NCBI GenBank assembly: GCA_963718895.1
Contig: CAVRAG010000007.1
Location: 64,001-128,000, forward strand
DNA length: 64,000 bases
Reading direction: 5' to 3'
Source: an uncultured Nitrososphaerota archaeon
GTDB taxonomy: Archaea > Thermoproteota > Nitrososphaeria > Nitrososphaerales > Gagatemarchaeaceae
The notes under the pieces were generated by a model. It made no database searches, was not told where the DNA came from, and saw only the letters and a list, made by a program, of their open reading frames with translations. The position numbers were made by a program, and so were the translations under genes. Shown piece after piece: positions 9,722-19,808 of this stretch; within the stretch, counting starts at the first letter, position 1; each line of letters opens with the position of its first letter.

Positions 9722-10963
9722 TTGGCGAACAAATCTTCATTGGCAATGAACGGCGGAAAGCCGGTAAGGGACGGCCCTCTACCCGTGATGCATCCGGGCG
9801 CGGGGTACGTGGGTAAGGAGGAGATCGAGGCGGTCACCAACGTCCTCAAGGCGAAGTCGATGTACCGCTTCTATGGGCCGAAGTTCCTGAACATCACCGG
9901 CCAGTTCGAGGACGACATGAAGGCCTACTTCGGACGGAAGTACGCCCTCGCGGTCACCTCCGGAACCGCGGCGCTACACACGGCGCTCGTCGCGATGAGC
10001 ATAGGACCCGGCGACGAAGTGATCATCCCGACCTACGCCTGGGTCGCGTGCCCGGACGCCGTCGTCGCCGCAGGGGCCACGCCCGTCCTCGCCGACGTCG
10101 ACGACTCCCTGACCCTCGACCCCGCGGACGTCGAGAGGAGGATAACGAACAGGACCAAGGCAATCATGGCCGTGCACATCCGTGGGACGCCCGCGAACCT
10201 GGACGGGCTCTCGAAGGTCGCCAAGGCCTACGGCATAGACCTGGTCGAGGACGTAGCCCAGGCTGCAGGCGCCACCTACCGCGGCAAGAAGCTCGGGACC
10301 TTCGGCAGGGTGGCCTCGTACAGCTTCCAGCTCAACAAGATGATCTCGGCGGGAGAGGGCGGCGCGATCCTCACCGACGACAAGCTCATCTATCAGCGCT
10401 CCGTCATGTTCCACGACGTAGGGACACCCTATAGGTCCTGGGACGACCCGAGCCTCAAGTTCGACTTCGAGGCATTCCCGGGGGTCAACTACAGGATGAA
10501 CGAGATCTCGGCGGCGATCCTCAAGGAGCAGCTCAAGAAGATCGACTGGATCATCAAGGACATCAAGAAGAACAAGGCGAAGATCAAGAAGGGAATCTCC
10601 GACATCCCCGAGATCACGTTCAGACGCCTCAACGACCCAGGAGAGGCCGGGATCTCCCTGGTCTTCTTCACGAAGAAGCCGTCACAGGCTCTGATCTTCA
10701 AGAGGGCCCTTCGCGCCGAGAACATCTGGACGACCTCGGGCTCCTATCCCGGGGTGGTCTACGACCCGTCGATCAACGACGGCCACGTCTTCATGCACTG
10801 GGGGCACATCTTCAAGGGCATACAGCGGGTCAGCAAGAGGTACCAGGCGAGCATCGACCTCCTGAGCCGAGCGGTCCACCTCGACATCAGCCCGCTCCTC
10901 TCGGACTCGGACATGGACGACATCGTCACGGCCGTCCACAAGGTCGCAGATGCGATCCTCTGA
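9722..10963 (+). CDS. DegT/DnrJ/EryC1/StrS PLP aminotransferase (start could be 9707, 9722 or 9746)
   Basis: LAMNGGKPVR, TSGTAAL, EDVAQA, SFQLNKMISAGEGG (PLP Lys), GVNYRMNE. Confidence 0.92.
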   Translation: MANKSSLAMNGGKPVRDGPLPVMHPGAGYVGKEEIEAVTNVLKAKSMYRFYGPKFLNITGQFEDDMKAYFGRKYALAVTSGTAALHTALVAMSIGPGDEVIIPTYAWVACPDAVVAAGATPVLADVDDSLTLDPADVERRITNRTKAIMAVHIRGTPANLDGLSKVAKAYGIDLVEDVAQAAGATYRGKKLGTFGRVASYSFQLNKMISAGEGGAILTDDKLIYQRSVMFHDVGTPYRSWDDPSLKFDFEAFPGVNYRMNEISAAILKEQLKKIDWIIKDIKKNKAKIKKGISDIPEITFRRLNDPGEAGISLVFFTKKPSQALIFKRALRAENIWTTSGSYPGVVYDPSINDGHVFMHWGHIFKGIQRVSKRYQASIDLLSRAVHLDISPLLSDSDMDDIVTAVHKVADAIL

Positions 10964-10971
10964 GTGAGACG

Positions 10972-11989
10972 ATGAAGAATATCGGCGTAGGCGTGATCGG
11001 GGTCGGAGCCATAGGGCGCCTCCACTCCGAGAACTATGCGACGAAGGTCCCCGGGGCGTCGCTCGTCGGGATAGCCGACGTGAACACGGCCGCAGCCAAC
11101 GAGCTCGCCTCGAAGCTGGGGGTCAAGACCGTGTACTCCGACTACTATCAGCTCCTCGTGGACCCGAGCGTCGACGCCGTCGTCGTCGCGACCCCGCCGT
11201 TCCTGAAGAAGGACATCACCGTCGCCGCGGCGGAGAGGCACAAGCACGTCTTCTGCGAGAAGCCGATGACCCTCTCGCTCAGGGATGCGGACGAGATGAT
11301 ATCCGCAGTGCAGAGGTCGGGCATAAAGTTCCAGGTCGGGTACCAGAAGCGGTCGGACACTTCGTTCATGCACGCGAGGCAGGCGATCGAGACCGGCGAG
11401 ATAGGGAATGTCATCCTCGCCAGGGCGCACAACAGGGACCCGCCGACCACGATCGGAGGATGGTCGGCCGACCCCAAGAAGTCTGGGTCGGTCTTCCTCG
11501 ACACCTCGAGCCACGATTTCGACGCGCTCGAGGTACCTGACGGGGAGCGAGGTCACGAGGATCTACGCCGACGGCAACGCCATGATGTATGAGGAGATGA
11601 GGAAGAACGGCGACTACGACACGGTGGTCGTCGACATGAGGCTCGCCAGCGGCGCCATGGCCCAGGTCGACGCCTGCGCCTACACCCCCTACGGGTTCGA
11701 CTCGAGGGCGGAGTTGATCGGGAGCGAGGGCGGGATCATGATAGGGATGGGCGAGAACAGCTTCACGCACATCTACAAGAACGGGAAGATCAGCAACCAG
11801 CGGCAGGAGTACTGGGGGACCAGGTGGGCTCAGGCGTACCGCGACGAGATGGCGGCCTTCGTGGAGTGCATCGTCAAGGACGGGACCCCGAGGGCGACCA
11901 TCCATGACGGCAGAGCGGCGCTCGAGATCGGGCTCGCTGCGTGGCAGTCGATCAAGAGCGAGAGGCCGGTAAGCCTGCCCCTGGCCTAG
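10972..11989 (+). CDS. iolG: Gfo/Idh/MocA inositol 2-dehydrogenase-like protein; one extra base near 11530
   Basis: GVGAIG, FCEKP, VGYQKR, RDP, SGSVFLDTSSHDFD; continues in ORF 11408-11989 (YGFDSRAE, AYRDE, DGRAAL). Confidence 0.75.
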
Positions 11990-13143
11990 GCCTTCATCCG
12001 GCCCACGACGACCTTCATCGAATCGAGGCCCATAGAGACTTCCATCGCCTCTTGGGCATCCTCTTGTCCGAACACGTGAGTCACGAGCTTCTCGAAGTGT
12101 AGTGAGTCCCTGTAGCTCTCCATCATCTTGAGGGCGCGGGCGTAAGCTTGGTAGGGCATACCCGATACGCCGATGATCTTGGCGTTCTTGGCGAGGATCT
12201 GCCTCGAAGGAGAGATCTTCGTCCCTCCGGCCTCCGAGTACGCCCCTTCGACGAGGTATGTCCCACCGTTCCTCATGATGTCCAGACCCTCGGAGATGAT
12301 GTGCGGGAACCCGGTGCACTCTATCACCGTGTCCGCCCCGAGCCGGTCCGTCATCGAGAGCACGGCCTCGACCCTGTCCTCGGGCCTGGGATGATCCGCG
12401 AGGTCGATCGTCTTGGCCCCGCAGAGAGACCTGGCCATTTTCAGCCGGAAGGGCGACTTGTCTATGGCTATTATCTTCGATGCGCCGAGCATGCGCGCCA
12501 TCAGGGCGTTGCACATGCCGAGGGGACCTACCCCCTGCACGACCACGGTGTCCGCCGGGGCGTATCCTTCCTTGGGGTTGGGATTCTGGAACGCCCGTCC
12601 GAAGGCGCCGTAGGCGACCGCCATCTGCTCCGTTAGCGCCGCGACCTTGTCGGACATCCGCTTCGGGACCCTGAACATGAACGTCCCTGGGACGACGAAC
12701 ATCTTCTCGCCCATCCCTCCGAAGAGGTGGGGAGGGTCCTTGCAGCTCATCACGTCGCCATAGCTCCTGTGGTTGAGGCACCAAGGGAACCCGTAGTAGT
12801 TCCTGCAGTAGTAGCAAGTTCCGCAGACGATGTCGGCGGAGATGACAACCCTCTCGCCCACCTCAAGGGCGTCGCCCTCGGTGACCATCGCGACCGAGGC
12901 CTCGCCCCCTATCTCCTCGATCACACCTACGTTCTCGTGTCCGAGGATGACGGGGAGCTTGACCACATCGCCGGGGAGGCCGAGCCGAATCTCCCCCTGG
13001 GTGAAGACGTGCTTATCCGTGCCGCAGATCGCGGCACCCGACATCCTGACGAGAGACTCCCTCGGCCCAGCGCGGGGACTAGGGAACTTCTGAGTCTTGA
13101 ACTTCTTTCGCGCCACGAGTACGGGCGCTATCACCTGTTCCAA
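11986..13143 (-). CDS. Zn-dependent medium-chain dehydrogenase
   Basis: ICGTD, GHE, CGTCYYC...C, GVGPLG. Confidence 0.9.
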   Translation of the reverse strand: MEQVIAPVLVARKKFKTQKFPSPRAGPRESLVRMSGAAICGTDKHVFTQGEIRLGLPGDVVKLPVILGHENVGVIEEIGGEASVAMVTEGDALEVGERVVISADIVCGTCYYCRNYYGFPWCLNHRSYGDVMSCKDPPHLFGGMGEKMFVVPGTFMFRVPKRMSDKVAALTEQMAVAYGAFGRAFQNPNPKEGYAPADTVVVQGVGPLGMCNALMARMLGASKIIAIDKSPFRLKMARSLCGAKTIDLADHPRPEDRVEAVLSMTDRLGADTVIECTGFPHIISEGLDIMRNGGTYLVEGAYSEAGGTKISPSRQILAKNAKIIGVSGMPYQAYARALKMMESYRDSLHFEKLVTHVFGQEDAQEAMEVSMGLDSMKVVVGRMKA

Positions 13144-13207
13144 TCTCCATCAGGTCGTCTCGCCAGCTAAAGAACTCTTGGGTATGGTCGGGCCCCGTCT
13201 CGTTGGG

Positions 13208-14068
13208 CTAATGACCCCAACGCCGCTCGCCCCTCACGGTCCTTGAGGCCAGTCTCCTGAGTGCAGGATAGACCGTCGCCAGCGCGAACACCCCGATGCA
13301 GAGATAGAGAAGCAGAGCGTTGGAGAACCAGGACAGCCCCAGCCTGTCGATGACCGTGGCGAAGAACGTGTTGAACTCTATCCGGTCGAAGAGAAAGACC
13401 ATCATCGGGAGCGGGATCACCGAGAGAGCCCCGATCTGGAGAACCCTCCTCACCGAGGCGAACCGGTAGAGCGACGCCGCAAGTACGGCGAGGAAGAGCA
13501 CGAGAAAGTAGTAGTCCTGCTCTGCGGCCGAGGCGAGCCCAAAGGGGCCGAGAGGTCCCATCACCAGACCCCTGACGGCGGGGTCCGCGCCCACCTGGAG
13601 CGAGAGCAGGAGGTTGAGACGCGCCAGCCCCATGAGTCCACCGTAGAGGAGCAGCCCGGCCTCGAGCAGGGCGAGCGGCAGGACAAGGGTCGCCGTCTTG
13701 AACCTTGGCGACTTCGCACGGAGGCTGGAGGCCATTCTGTGCAGCGGCCTGAAGACAGACAGGCGCTCTACCCGGGGGAACATCAGGGCAGCCGACGCTA
13801 CGCCGAACGCGAGGGCGCTGACCTTCCAGCAGACCTCGAAGTTCGTCTCGGTCTGGAAGTAGTTCTGGGCGTACGCGAAGTAGTCGAAGGTGATGGGGAA
13901 GGAGTGGGTGATAGGATTCTCCATGCCCAGGAAGACCTGGTGATAGTAGATGGCCAGCAGTGCGGTGACAACACCGAGCGAGACGAAGGCGCCCGCCACA
14001 TGCCACTCGGGCCGCTTCCTCCACCCCACCCCGGGCAGGCACGCGCCCACGTCTTCCTTCCGTTTCAT
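13208..14068 (-). CDS. Hypothetical multi-pass membrane protein
   Basis: About 6 hydrophobic segments; no family recognised. Confidence 0.65.
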   Translation of the reverse strand: MKRKEDVGACLPGVGWRKRPEWHVAGAFVSLGVVTALLAIYYHQVFLGMENPITHSFPITFDYFAYAQNYFQTETNFEVCWKVSALAFGVASAALMFPRVERLSVFRPLHRMASSLRAKSPRFKTATLVLPLALLEAGLLLYGGLMGLARLNLLLSLQVGADPAVRGLVMGPLGPFGLASAAEQDYYFLVLFLAVLAASLYRFASVRRVLQIGALSVIPLPMMVFLFDRIEFNTFFATVIDRLGLSWFSNALLLYLCIGVFALATVYPALRRLASRTVRGERRWGH

Positions 14069-14141
14069 CGGTTAGTATCGGCCGAGAGTTTCTGCAAGCT
14101 TCCGAATAAGGCTTTTATCGGTTCGGAGGACTATCGCGACC

Positions 14142-15290
14142 ATGGCAAAGGAGATAGGCGTAGGGGTTCTCGGCTATTCCATCGGGCGCGTTCACGCGCA
14201 CGCATGGCGGGACGTCGCTGAGGTCTACCACCCCATGGACCTCGTCCCGCGGCTGGTCGCCATCGCCGGAAGGACCAAGAAGGTCGTGGATTTTGAGGCC
14301 GCGAAGTACGGATACGCCAAGACCTACGGAGACTGGGAGAAGGTCGTGAACGACGAGGACGTCGAGATAGTCGACAACTGCCTCCCGGTGGTGCTCCACC
14401 CGGCACCCATGATCATGGCCGCAAAGCTGGGTAAGAGCCTCTTCTGCGAGAAGCCGCTGGCCAGGAGGGCCAGGGACGCGAAGCGGATGCTCGACGCGGC
14501 CGAGAGGGCCAAGGTCAAGCACATGGTCGGCTACAACTACCGTTTCATGCCAGCGATAACCCTGGCGAGGCAGATGATCAAGGAGGGGAAGCTCGGGAAG
14601 ATCTCGTTCTTCAGAGGGTCATACCTCACCACCAACACCAACTACGACGACCCGAGGACCCCCATGAGATGGCAGTTCGAGTCCTCGTCATCGGGGTATG
14701 GCGCGCTCTCGGACCTGGGGACCCACGCCCTCGACCTCGCAAGGTACCTCGTGGGAGAGGTGGCGGCGGTGGCCGGAGCCCAGTCGCACATAATCAGGGA
14801 GAGGCCCGTGGCTGAGGGTTCGCGCAAGAAGAAGCGGGTGAACGTCGACGACCTCACGGTCGCCACGATGAAGTTCAGGAACGGGGCTCTCGGGACTCTC
14901 GAGACATCGTGGGTGAACCCCGGGAGGATGGACTACCTCAGCTTTGAGGTGTACGGCACGGTCGGCTCGCTCCGGTTCAGCCTTGAGCGGATCAACGAGC
15001 TCGAGATCTTCCTCAGCGAGAGGGACAGGGGGACCAGTGGGTTCCGGACTCTCAACGTCCTCGCCAAGGACCACCCGTACATGAGCAAGTACTGGGTCAA
15101 CCAGGGAGGAGGCTTCGGCTGGGACCACTCGTTCGTCAACGAGTTCCACCACTTCCTGACCTCCATCTCGGATGGCAGCCCGGTCGCGCCGCAGGGAGCG
15201 ACCTTCCTCGACGGGTACCGCAACTGCCAGATCATGGACGCCATCACCGACTCCGCCAAGAGCGAGAGCTGGGTCCACATCCAGGAGTAG
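14142..15290 (+). CDS. Gfo/Idh/MocA oxidoreductase (levoglucosan-dehydrogenase-like subgroup)
   Basis: CEKPLA, GYNYRFMPA, GALSDLGTHALD, GFRT, HPY, TFLDG. Confidence 0.9.
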   Translation: MAKEIGVGVLGYSIGRVHAHAWRDVAEVYHPMDLVPRLVAIAGRTKKVVDFEAAKYGYAKTYGDWEKVVNDEDVEIVDNCLPVVLHPAPMIMAAKLGKSLFCEKPLARRARDAKRMLDAAERAKVKHMVGYNYRFMPAITLARQMIKEGKLGKISFFRGSYLTTNTNYDDPRTPMRWQFESSSSGYGALSDLGTHALDLARYLVGEVAAVAGAQSHIIRERPVAEGSRKKKRVNVDDLTVATMKFRNGALGTLETSWVNPGRMDYLSFEVYGTVGSLRFSLERINELEIFLSERDRGTSGFRTLNVLAKDHPYMSKYWVNQGGGFGWDHSFVNEFHHFLTSISDGSPVAPQGATFLDGYRNCQIMDAITDSAKSESWVHIQE

Positions 15291-15307
15291 GACGCGGGCG
15301 TGGTCAA

Positions 15308-16462
15308 ATGACGACCCCAACGGTGCGGGCCGCGGTCATGGACGGGCCAGGTGCGATGAGGCTTCAGGACTTCCCCGACCCGGCGGTCCCTGCTGACGCG
15401 GCGCTGATAGACGTCTCGCTCTGCGGAATCTGCGGCACTGACAAGCACATCTACAAGGACGAAGTGAAGTCGCATCCGTTTGGGGTTCCTACGAAGTTTC
15501 CCATCATCCCGGGCCACGAGATAGTCGGGACCATCGAGAGGATCGGCCCCAAAGCTGCCACCAGGATGAGCCTCACGGGAGGGCCCCTGCGCCCCGGAGA
15601 CAGGGTCGTCCCTGTCGTCGACCTGAGGTGCGAGGAGTGCGTCGGGTGCAAGACGCATCCAGGGTGGCCTTCGTGCGAGCGCGGCGAGACCTACGGCTGG
15701 GGAATCTCTTGCAGGGACGCGCCGCACCTCTTCGGTGGGTTCGCGGAGAAGATGTACCTCCTCCCGCAGACGAAGCTCGCCAAGGTCCCCGACTCGGTCC
15801 CTGACCAGGCGGCGGTCTTCGCCGAGGTCCTTGCTGTGGGCTACACGTCGGTGGCGCGCATGCTCCACTCGCTGCAGCTCTCCGGCGACGGGAGCAGCTA
15901 CGTCGGGGACGTCGTGGTGCAAGGGAGCGGTCCCCTGGCGCTCGCCCACGTGATCGCCGCTAGGATCGCGGGCGCGCACCGGATAGTCGTCGTGGGGATG
16001 CCGGAGTACAGGACGAAATTCATGGGACAGTTCGGGGTCGACCTTTCCCTCGACGCGACCAAGCTGACGAGGGAGGAGAGGACCGAGAGGGTTCTCCACG
16101 GGCTCCAAACGGATGGCGCGGACGTGGTCTTCGAATGCACCGGGGACCCGAGCGTCGTGGAGGAAGGGCTCTCCTACCTGAAACCCTTCGGCTACTATCT
16201 CGTCGCCGGGATCTACAGCGACAGCGGCAAGACGACGACCCTCAACGTCCAGAAGTACGTCTCGGGCAGGTACGCGACCGTCGTCGGGAACGGAGGCCAG
16301 ACCGAACTGTCGTACGCGAAGGCCCTCAGCATGATGGAGTCATTCGCGCACGCCATCCCGTTCGAGGAGGTGGTGACGCACAGGTTCCCGCTGGACAGAC
16401 ACAAGGAGGCGATGGAGACCGCGATAAGCGAGCAGTCGATGAAGGTCGCCTTCGAGCCTTGA
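15308..16462 (+). CDS. Zn-dependent medium-chain dehydrogenase (paralogue of 11986-13143)
   Basis: CGICGTD, GHE, CxxCxxC, SCRDAPHLFGG, GSGPLA. Confidence 0.9.
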   Translation: MTTPTVRAAVMDGPGAMRLQDFPDPAVPADAALIDVSLCGICGTDKHIYKDEVKSHPFGVPTKFPIIPGHEIVGTIERIGPKAATRMSLTGGPLRPGDRVVPVVDLRCEECVGCKTHPGWPSCERGETYGWGISCRDAPHLFGGFAEKMYLLPQTKLAKVPDSVPDQAAVFAEVLAVGYTSVARMLHSLQLSGDGSSYVGDVVVQGSGPLALAHVIAARIAGAHRIVVVGMPEYRTKFMGQFGVDLSLDATKLTREERTERVLHGLQTDGADVVFECTGDPSVVEEGLSYLKPFGYYLVAGIYSDSGKTTTLNVQKYVSGRYATVVGNGGQTELSYAKALSMMESFAHAIPFEEVVTHRFPLDRHKEAMETAISEQSMKVAFEP

Positions 16463-16564
16463 TCTGTCCAACAGGTCACGGGTTGGTCGTCTGTGAGCTT
16501 AACGGTTTAAATCGCCTGTCTCACCCGCTCAGCCCGAGAATGTGCTCGAAGGAGATACTCTGAG

Positions 16565-17587
16565 ATGAAGGCCGTAGTCTTCAAAGAAGTGGGGAAGGGG
16601 GTCACCGTCGATGAGGTCGGACCCCCCAAAGTCGAAGACGATCGCACCGTCCTGATCAGGGTGAGGGAATGCGGCATCTGCGGGAGCGACCTCGCGATAC
16701 TCGAGGGGAGGCACCCCTCCAAACCCCCGGTCATACTCGGCCACGAGCTCTCGGGCGAGGTCGTCGAGACCGGGGCCAGGGTCTCGGGAATCGGCGTCGG
16801 GGACCACGTGGTGGTCGACCCCAACGTGAGCTGTGGTCTGTGCGAGAACTGCAGGCTGGGAAGGAGGAACATGTGTCTGAACATGATAGAGCTCGGCATC
16901 ACGCGGAACGGCGCCTTCGCGGAGCTCATGGCTGCACCTGAACAGTTCGTCTACAAGATTGATCCGCGCCTCTCCTGGAAGGAGGGGGCGCTCGTGGAGC
17001 CGCTGGCGTGCGTGGTCCACGGCTTCGCCAGGAGCAGGGTGAAGCCGGACGAGACGGCGGTGGTCTACGGGGCGGGACCCATGGGCCTGCTCTGGGTGAG
17101 CATGCTGAAGCGCGCGGGAGTGAGGAAAATCATGTCCGTCGACCTGGCGGAGAAGAGGCGGGCCGTGGCGGGCAAGCTGGGAGCGGACGTGACCATCGAC
17201 CCGGCCGCAGAGGAACCGGTCGCCAGGGTCGAGCGAGAGACCGGTGGCATGGGCGCCGACGTGGCGGTCGAGATGATCGGAAGGGCCGAGACCGTCGAGA
17301 GCGCGGTGAGGTCGGTGGGCCCAGGGGGACGGGTCGTGATCATGGGAGTGGCAAGAAAGGAGGCGAGAGCTCAGGTCGCGCCCTTCGAGCTCATGGCGCG
17401 CGAGGTCGAGATCCTCGGTTCCAACGCCAACGCGACCGACTTCATCCCGGCGATCCGGCTGATCGAGGGTGGCGCGATACCCGTCGATGATATCGTCAGC
17501 CACGAGCTCGACATATCGGAGGCGCTGAAGGGGTTCGAGCTCTGCAGGACGGGCCAGGGCATGAAGGTCATGATCCGGCCTTCTTGA
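16565..17587 (+). CDS. Zn-dependent polyol/threonine-dehydrogenase-like MDR
   Basis: CGICGSD, GHE, CGLCENC...C, EPLAC, GAGPMG. Confidence 0.92.
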   Translation: MKAVVFKEVGKGVTVDEVGPPKVEDDRTVLIRVRECGICGSDLAILEGRHPSKPPVILGHELSGEVVETGARVSGIGVGDHVVVDPNVSCGLCENCRLGRRNMCLNMIELGITRNGAFAELMAAPEQFVYKIDPRLSWKEGALVEPLACVVHGFARSRVKPDETAVVYGAGPMGLLWVSMLKRAGVRKIMSVDLAEKRRAVAGKLGADVTIDPAAEEPVARVERETGGMGADVAVEMIGRAETVESAVRSVGPGGRVVIMGVARKEARAQVAPFELMAREVEILGSNANATDFIPAIRLIEGGAIPVDDIVSHELDISEALKGFELCRTGQGMKVMIRPS

Positions 17588-17625
17588 GGCAACCGTTTTA
17601 ACGGCGGGGACGGCGAGACTGCCCG

Positions 17626-18645
17626 TTGTATTCCAAGACAGTCGGCGTGGGCCTGATCGGGGCGGGCCAGATCGGCAAGGTCCACGCACAGAACCTGGCG
17701 CGGCGGGTCCCCAACGCCCGGCTCAAGGGGATAGCCGACTCGTACATCGAGGCCGCGAAGGCCGTCGCCTCGCTGACCGGCGTGGACGCGATCTACAAGG
17801 ACTACGGCGACCTCCTGAAGGACAAGGAAGTGGAGGCGGTCGTCGTGGCCACTCCCACGTTCATGAAGAAGGAGGTCGTGAGGGCCGCCATCGAGGCGGG
17901 CAAGCACGTCTTCTGCGAGAAGCCGATGGCTCTGACGCTCCCCGAGGCCGACGAGTTCATTGCCATGGCCGAGCGCGGAGGGACGAAGTTCCAGGTCGGC
18001 TACCAGAGGCGCTTCGACCCCTCGTACATGAGGATGAAGAGCGCCGTCGACTCCGGCGAGCTGGGCAAGATGCTGCTTCTCAGGTCGAACACGAGGGACC
18101 CGCCCCAGAAGGTCGCGGGCTGGGCAGACCCCAAGGTGAGCGGTGGGATCTTCCTCGACACGTCCAGCCACGACTACGACGTGATCAGGTGGCTCAGCGG
18201 CTCCGAGGCCGTGAGCGTAATGGCCGACGGCGTCACCGCGGCCTATCCTGAGCTCGAGGGGCTCGGTGACAAGGACACGACCATGACGATAATCCGGCTG
18301 GCAAACGGGGCGCTCGCCCACGTCGACGCCTGCAGGGTGAGCGTCTACGGCTACGACATCCGCGCCGAGGTCATCGGGACCGAAGGGGCAGCGTTCATGG
18401 ACATAGGGAAGAGCTCCGAGGCTCATGTGATGAAGAAGTCCTGGGAGTCCAACGAGTTCTCCTACTGGTACACCGAGAGGTTCGACGAGGCCTACCGCGC
18501 TGAGCTCGAGGGGTTCGCGGCCGCGATCATAGGCGACACGGCCACCAAGGTGACCGCGAGGGACGGCAAGGCCGCGGTCGAGATCGGGCTGGCGGCGAGG
18601 AAGTCGATGCAGGAGAGGAAGGCGGTCTCGCTCCCCCTGGTGTGA
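17626..18645 (+). CDS. iolG: Gfo/Idh/MocA inositol 2-dehydrogenase-like protein
   Basis: GAGQIG, FCEKP, GYQRRFDP, RDP, SGGIFLDTSSHDYD, YGYDIRAE, ERFDEAY. Confidence 0.8.
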   Translation: MYSKTVGVGLIGAGQIGKVHAQNLARRVPNARLKGIADSYIEAAKAVASLTGVDAIYKDYGDLLKDKEVEAVVVATPTFMKKEVVRAAIEAGKHVFCEKPMALTLPEADEFIAMAERGGTKFQVGYQRRFDPSYMRMKSAVDSGELGKMLLLRSNTRDPPQKVAGWADPKVSGGIFLDTSSHDYDVIRWLSGSEAVSVMADGVTAAYPELEGLGDKDTTMTIIRLANGALAHVDACRVSVYGYDIRAEVIGTEGAAFMDIGKSSEAHVMKKSWESNEFSYWYTERFDEAYRAELEGFAAAIIGDTATKVTARDGKAAVEIGLAARKSMQERKAVSLPLV

Positions 18646-19773
18646 GCGGCCACGACCCGATACAGCGTAGGATTCGTCGGCGCGGGCCAGGTCGCGAGGT
18701 CTCACTCAATAGGCTTCGGGAACGTCCCGCTCTTCTTCGGGCCCTCGGAGTCGGTCGAACTGAAGGTAATCGCCGAGGCGACGGACGACCTGGCCCGTAG
18801 CGCGGCGAAGAGGCTGGGCTTCCCCGAGTGGACCTCGGACTGGCGGCACGTGACCTCAGACCCCTCCGTCCAGATAGTGGACGTGATGACCCCCACCTAC
18901 CTCCACAAGGAACCCGCCATCGACGCGCTCGAGCACGGGAAGTCGGTAATCTGCGAGAAGCCGCTCGCCGCGAACGAGCGCGACGCCCGGGAGATGTACG
19001 AGGTGGCGAAGCGGACGAACGCGAAGACGCTGGTCGGCTTCAACTACAGGCGAGTCCCGGCTGTCACCCTCGCAAAGCACATGATTGCCAAAGGAGAGCT
19101 GGGGAGGATCAACCACGTCCGCTCGCACTTCATGGAAGACTGGGGAGGCCCCCGGTTTCCGCTCAGCTGGAGGTTCCGTCCTGAGCAGGCGGGAGCCGGG
19201 GCGCTCGCCGACCTGGGCTCGCACGCCATCGACATGGTAAGGTACCTCGTCGGAGAGCCGAAGGAGGTCTGCGGAGCTGTGGCCAACTTCATCCCCGAGA
19301 GGACTGTCCCCGGAGGAGATGCCAAGGAGCCCTCGAGGGTCGACGACGTGACGATGACGCTGATGCGGCTGGAGGGAGGGGCGGTCGCGGAGGTGGGGGC
19401 CTCCTGGATCGCGACGGGGAGGAAGGTCCAGCTCGACTTCGAGGTGCAGGGGAGCGACGGCACGCTCTGCTTCACGATGGAGAGGCCGAACGAGCTCCAG
19501 TTCTACTCGGCCCGCGACCCCAAGGAGGCGAGCGGGTTCAGGACGATCTATTTCGGGCCGGCTCACAAGTACGGGGAGACGCTCCTCTTCAGTTCGGCGA
19601 CGATGGGGACGGGGTACGTCGACTCGGTCACGAACCAGATGCACGACTTCCTCCTCGCGCTCGGCGGAGGAGAGGAGTACTCGCCCTCGTTCTACGACGG
19701 ATGGAAGGTGAACCAGCTGATCGCGGCAATCCTCGAGTCCTCGGAGAAGAAAGCCTGGGTCAGCGTAGCCTGA
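18642..19773 (+). CDS. Gfo/Idh/MocA oxidoreductase, levoglucosan-dehydrogenase-like; probable GTG start at 18642 with an extra C near 18657
   Basis: Frame is open from 18646: RYSVGFVGAGQVA...KVIAEA...TSDWR...CEKPLA...PLSWRF...GFRTIYFGPAHKYGE. Confidence 0.85.
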
Positions 19774-19808
19774 GAGCGACCGCCGGAAGCTCGCAGATCT
19801 GGCGGCAC

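Noticed and set aside
18643-18645. Selenocysteine or programmed readthrough at the in-frame TGA
   Set aside because: The position is an inter-domain junction rather than a Cys site; a GTGA overlap plus one homopolymer indel explains it
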